A stretch of DNA of 64,000 nt from Mobula hypostoma (taxonomy: Eukaryota), in the NCBI RefSeq assembly GCF_963921235.1, contig NC_086097.1:219296001-219360000 (forward strand), read 5' to 3'. The notes beneath the pieces are model-generated. The model had not been told where the DNA came from. It ran no database searches and was given only the letters and a program-made list of their open reading frames with translations. Numbering within the stretch: position 1 is the stretch's first letter; each line of letters begins with the position of its first letter. Positions 60,911 through 64,000 of the stretch are shown piece after piece. The position numbers and the translations under genes are program-made.

Positions 60911-61361
60911 TTTCTATTGGAATGAGAATTAAAATTCCAAAGGAAAATAAGGAATACGCTATAAAATTAAGTTATTTGACCAAGTTTTTGGTAATCAACT
61001 CAAATGTGCCTGAATACAGCTCAATGTTACACCAAGTGCAATTTATTATTATTTTAAAAGCACCAGAATTGTACAGAATTAAACAATAACCAAAAGAAAT
61101 AACCTAACAACCAGCAGGCAAGTAGTGCATCATCCTTTTAAATAATGCTGCCTCCTTCCCTGGAACTCCTCTTTAGTGTGTGGGTTTAAGAGAGGGCATG
61201 GGTTGGAAAAGGTATTGAAACTGGTGTCTGATCAAGATTAGCATCTGCTGCTGTAAGTGCTTCTGATGACTGCTAGCTGTGCTTAGGCAAACCTTTCTTT
61301 CATGTACGTGATCAGGTATTCCCCCCCTCAGAAACAATTTTCCTCCAAATTAACAATTTTC

Positions 61362-62463
61362 CTCACCAGTCAGTTTGGATTGGCAACATCTCCTCCACAA
61401 TCTCCATCAGCACAGCTGCATCACAAAGCTGTGTGCTTACCCTCCTGCTCAGATTACTTTACATTTATGACCATGTGACTATGCACAGCTCCAATGCCAT
61501 ATTCAAGTTTGCTGACAACATCACAGCCATAGGTTGAATCCAAGGTGGTGACGAATCGACATATAGGAGGGAGATTGAAAATCTGGCTGAATGGTGCCAC
61601 AACTACAACCTCTTACTCAATGTCAGCAAGAGTAAGGAGCTGATTTTTTGACTTCAGGAGGAGGAAACCAGAGGTTCGTGAGCCAGTCCTCATCAGGAAG
61701 GATCAGAATTGGAGTACTTTAAATTCCTTTGTGTTAGCATTTCAGGGGACCTGTCGGGGTCGAGCACATAAGAGCAATTATGAAGAAAGCATAACAGCAT
61801 CTCTATTTCTTAGGAATTTGTGAAGACTCAGCATAGTATCTAAAATTTGACAGACTTCTATAGAAGTAAATTGACTGGCTGCAGCACAAGGATTGGAAAC
61901 ATTAAAGTCCTTGAACAGAAAATCCTACAAATAATAGTAGATATTCCATCACAGCTAAAACCCTCCTCACCATTGAGCACATCCGTTGTCGCAGGAAAGC
62001 AGCATCCATCATCAGGGAGCCCCACCACCCAGGTCATGCTCTCTTCTCAATACTGTCATCAGGAAGAAGGTACAGGAGCCTCAGGACTCACACCATCAGG
62101 TTCAGCAACAGTTGTTACCCCTCAATCATCAGGCTCCTGAACCAGAGGAGATAACTTCACTCAACTTCAATTGCCCAGTCACTGAACTGTTCCCACAACA
62201 AATGGAGTCACTTTCAAGGACTCTTCATCTCATGTTCTTCATAGTTATTGCTTATTTTTATTTTATTATTATTGTTATTCCTTTTTGTATTTGCACATAC
62301 TATTGTCTTCTGCACATTGGCTGCATGCTCAGTTGGTGGGGTGTTTCATTAATTCTATTATGGTTATTGGATTTATTGAGTATGCCCACAAGAAGAACAA
62401 TCTCGGGCTGGTATATAGCGACATATATGTACTTTGAGAATAAATTTGCTTCGAAGTTTGAAC
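61362..62463 (+). mobile_element. Rex1/Babar 3' portion
   Basis: caagtttgctgac (KFAD), ctcaatgtcagcaag, ggaagaaggtacaggagcctcagg; AATAAA plus tttgaact tail. Confidence 0.85.
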
Positions 62464-62549
62464 TCACAACAATAATAAATTAAGTGCTGAATGATTCAGT
62501 TTCAACCCACTGTCTTTAAATATGGCTTGAAGGGGCTTTTTCTTGATTA

Positions 62550-63375
62550 TATAGCTAGATAGTTAGATCCCAAAGGAAATTACAGTGTCACGATAGCACT
62601 ACAAGAGCACAGATATACAAATATACAAATATTAGAAGAGAAGTAAGAAAGAATAAAAGAGTAATTTACCTCAAACTGTCCAACAGGAGGGGGTCATCAC
62701 TTCCCCAGCTATAGGTTGACTCTTTATAGAGTCTAACGGCCAAGGGCAAGAATGACAAACAAGAGAGATTCTGCAGATGCTGGAAATCCTAGCAACACAC
62801 ACAAAATGCTGGAGGATCTCAGCAGGCCAGGCAGCAGCTATGGAAAAAAGTACAGTTGATGTTTCAGGCTGAGACACTTGGGCAGGACTTATGTCTCTGC
62901 CCGAAACATCGACTGTACTTTTTTCCATAGATGCTGCCTGGCCTGCTGAGTTCCTCCAGCACTTTGTGTGTATTGCAAGCATAAGAATGACCTCATATAG
63001 CACTCTTTAGAGCAGCGCAGTTGTCTTATTCTATGCCTAAAATTGCTCCTCTGTTCAGCCAAGGTGGCATGCAGAGGGTGAGAAACATTGTCCAGAACTG
63101 CCAGGATTTTCTGTAGGGCCCTTTGTTCTACCACAGCCTCCAGTGTAACCGGTTTGACTCCTATGACAGAGCCAGCCTTTCTAATCAGTTTATTGAGCCT
63201 GTTGGTATCACTTATGTTGATGCCATTGCCTGAGCATGCCAGTAGATTATACTGGCAACAACAAGCTGGTAGAACATGAGAAGGAGAGGCCATCAGGAAG
63301 AAGAGGAGACTCTGGTCCTTCTTGTACACAGCCTCTGTGATGGTGCTCCAATGAAGTCTGTCATAAACTTTGAAA
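62550..63375 (-). mobile_element. Rex1/Babar-type LINE 3' end, interrupted by a Penelope fold-back
   Basis: RLNKLIRKAGSVIG..ILAVLDNVSHPLH..LRCSKECYMRSFL. Confidence 0.8.
62757..62982. mobile_element. Penelope-like pseudo-LTR fold-back insertion
   Basis: ~90-bp inverted arms centred at ~62885; 9-bp TSD aagaatgac (62748-62756/62983-62991). Confidence 0.85.
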
Positions 63376-63729
63376 TCCAATAATTTCCTATAGTTTTGAT
63401 CTTTATGGTTGAATCTAAATTCCTACACATATACAGTAGCTTGAGTTTGAACTTGCCAATAATACAATAAATGGTAAGTGATTTACTTGGTCATTACGAT
63501 AACCTTATATTCTGCAGTAACACAGTGAAAAATGCAATCTATTCCTATAAATGGAGGCAATTATCTGAGCTAACACAAGGAGAAAGGGCTTCATGACATT
63601 TACTTAATGAAGTGTCTCAATCAGTCCTGAACCATACTTGAATCCAATCAGTCCTTCAATTTTGCATTTGAATATCATCTGATCAAGGGTACTTCAAGAG
63701 AAGATGATACCAGGTCTGAATATTAATAA

Positions 63730-63860
63730 ATTGCAGATGCTGGCCATCTGAAATTAAAAAAAAGAGGAAGTGCTGAAAATACTCAGTTAGTCAGGCAACA
63801 TTAGTAGAAAGTGAACATGAAGCTTTAGGTTGTAAACCCTTTGTTAGAACTGAGAAGATG
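63730..63860 (-). mobile_element. Old Penelope-like pseudo-LTR remnant
   Basis: tgcagatgctgg...tgctgaaaatactcag..tcaggcaacat pattern shared with 17915-18070. Confidence 0.55.
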
Positions 63861-64000
63861 GAGGAACTTTATGACGTTGGGAGGGAGTAATGAATAAGGC
63901 AATTGGAATATCCCCAAATATCAATGGTTGCCATGGATTACAAGTTGTGGATGAAGTTATCTGGTTGATAGGTTAATAAGTACAGGAAGAGAGAAAGAAC

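Noticed and set aside
1..64000. Prokaryotic systems (CRISPR arrays, operons, retrons, rRNA/tRNA genes)
   Set aside because: The sequence is eukaryotic repeat-rich DNA; there are no repeat-spacer arrays, and tRNA-like boxes occur only as decayed SINE heads.

Overview
This is eukaryotic, repeat-dominated DNA with no prokaryotic features and no host-gene exon that I can support. The repeat families (CR1, Rex1/Babar, RTE and L1 LINEs, Penelope-like elements, tRNA-derived SINEs, Tc1 and pogo/Tigger DNA elements, Gypsy LTR remnants) suggest an intronic or intergenic region of a cartilaginous fish, probably a ray. That assignment is my inference from family recognition only. Most listed ORFs are retroelement fragments or their antisense shadows. 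The longest open frame (30295-31835, minus) is a young, 5'-truncated CR1 reverse transcriptase. The most interesting signals are RNA structures. (1) A TSD-bounded, ORF-less, ~430-bp RTE-derived element (44272-44702) begins exactly at a predicted HDV-like nested pseudoknot with a non-canonical L3 loop. It sits inside a 5'-inverted (twin-primed) L1, which sits inside a CR1. (2) A series of fold-back Penelope pseudo-LTR insertions carries minimal type-I hammerhead ribozymes: two intact copies on opposite strands (22233-22270 and 22699-22736) and several decayed copies. Several local templated duplications and fold-backs are also visible. Repeat boundaries were read by eye and are approximate unless a TSD is quoted.
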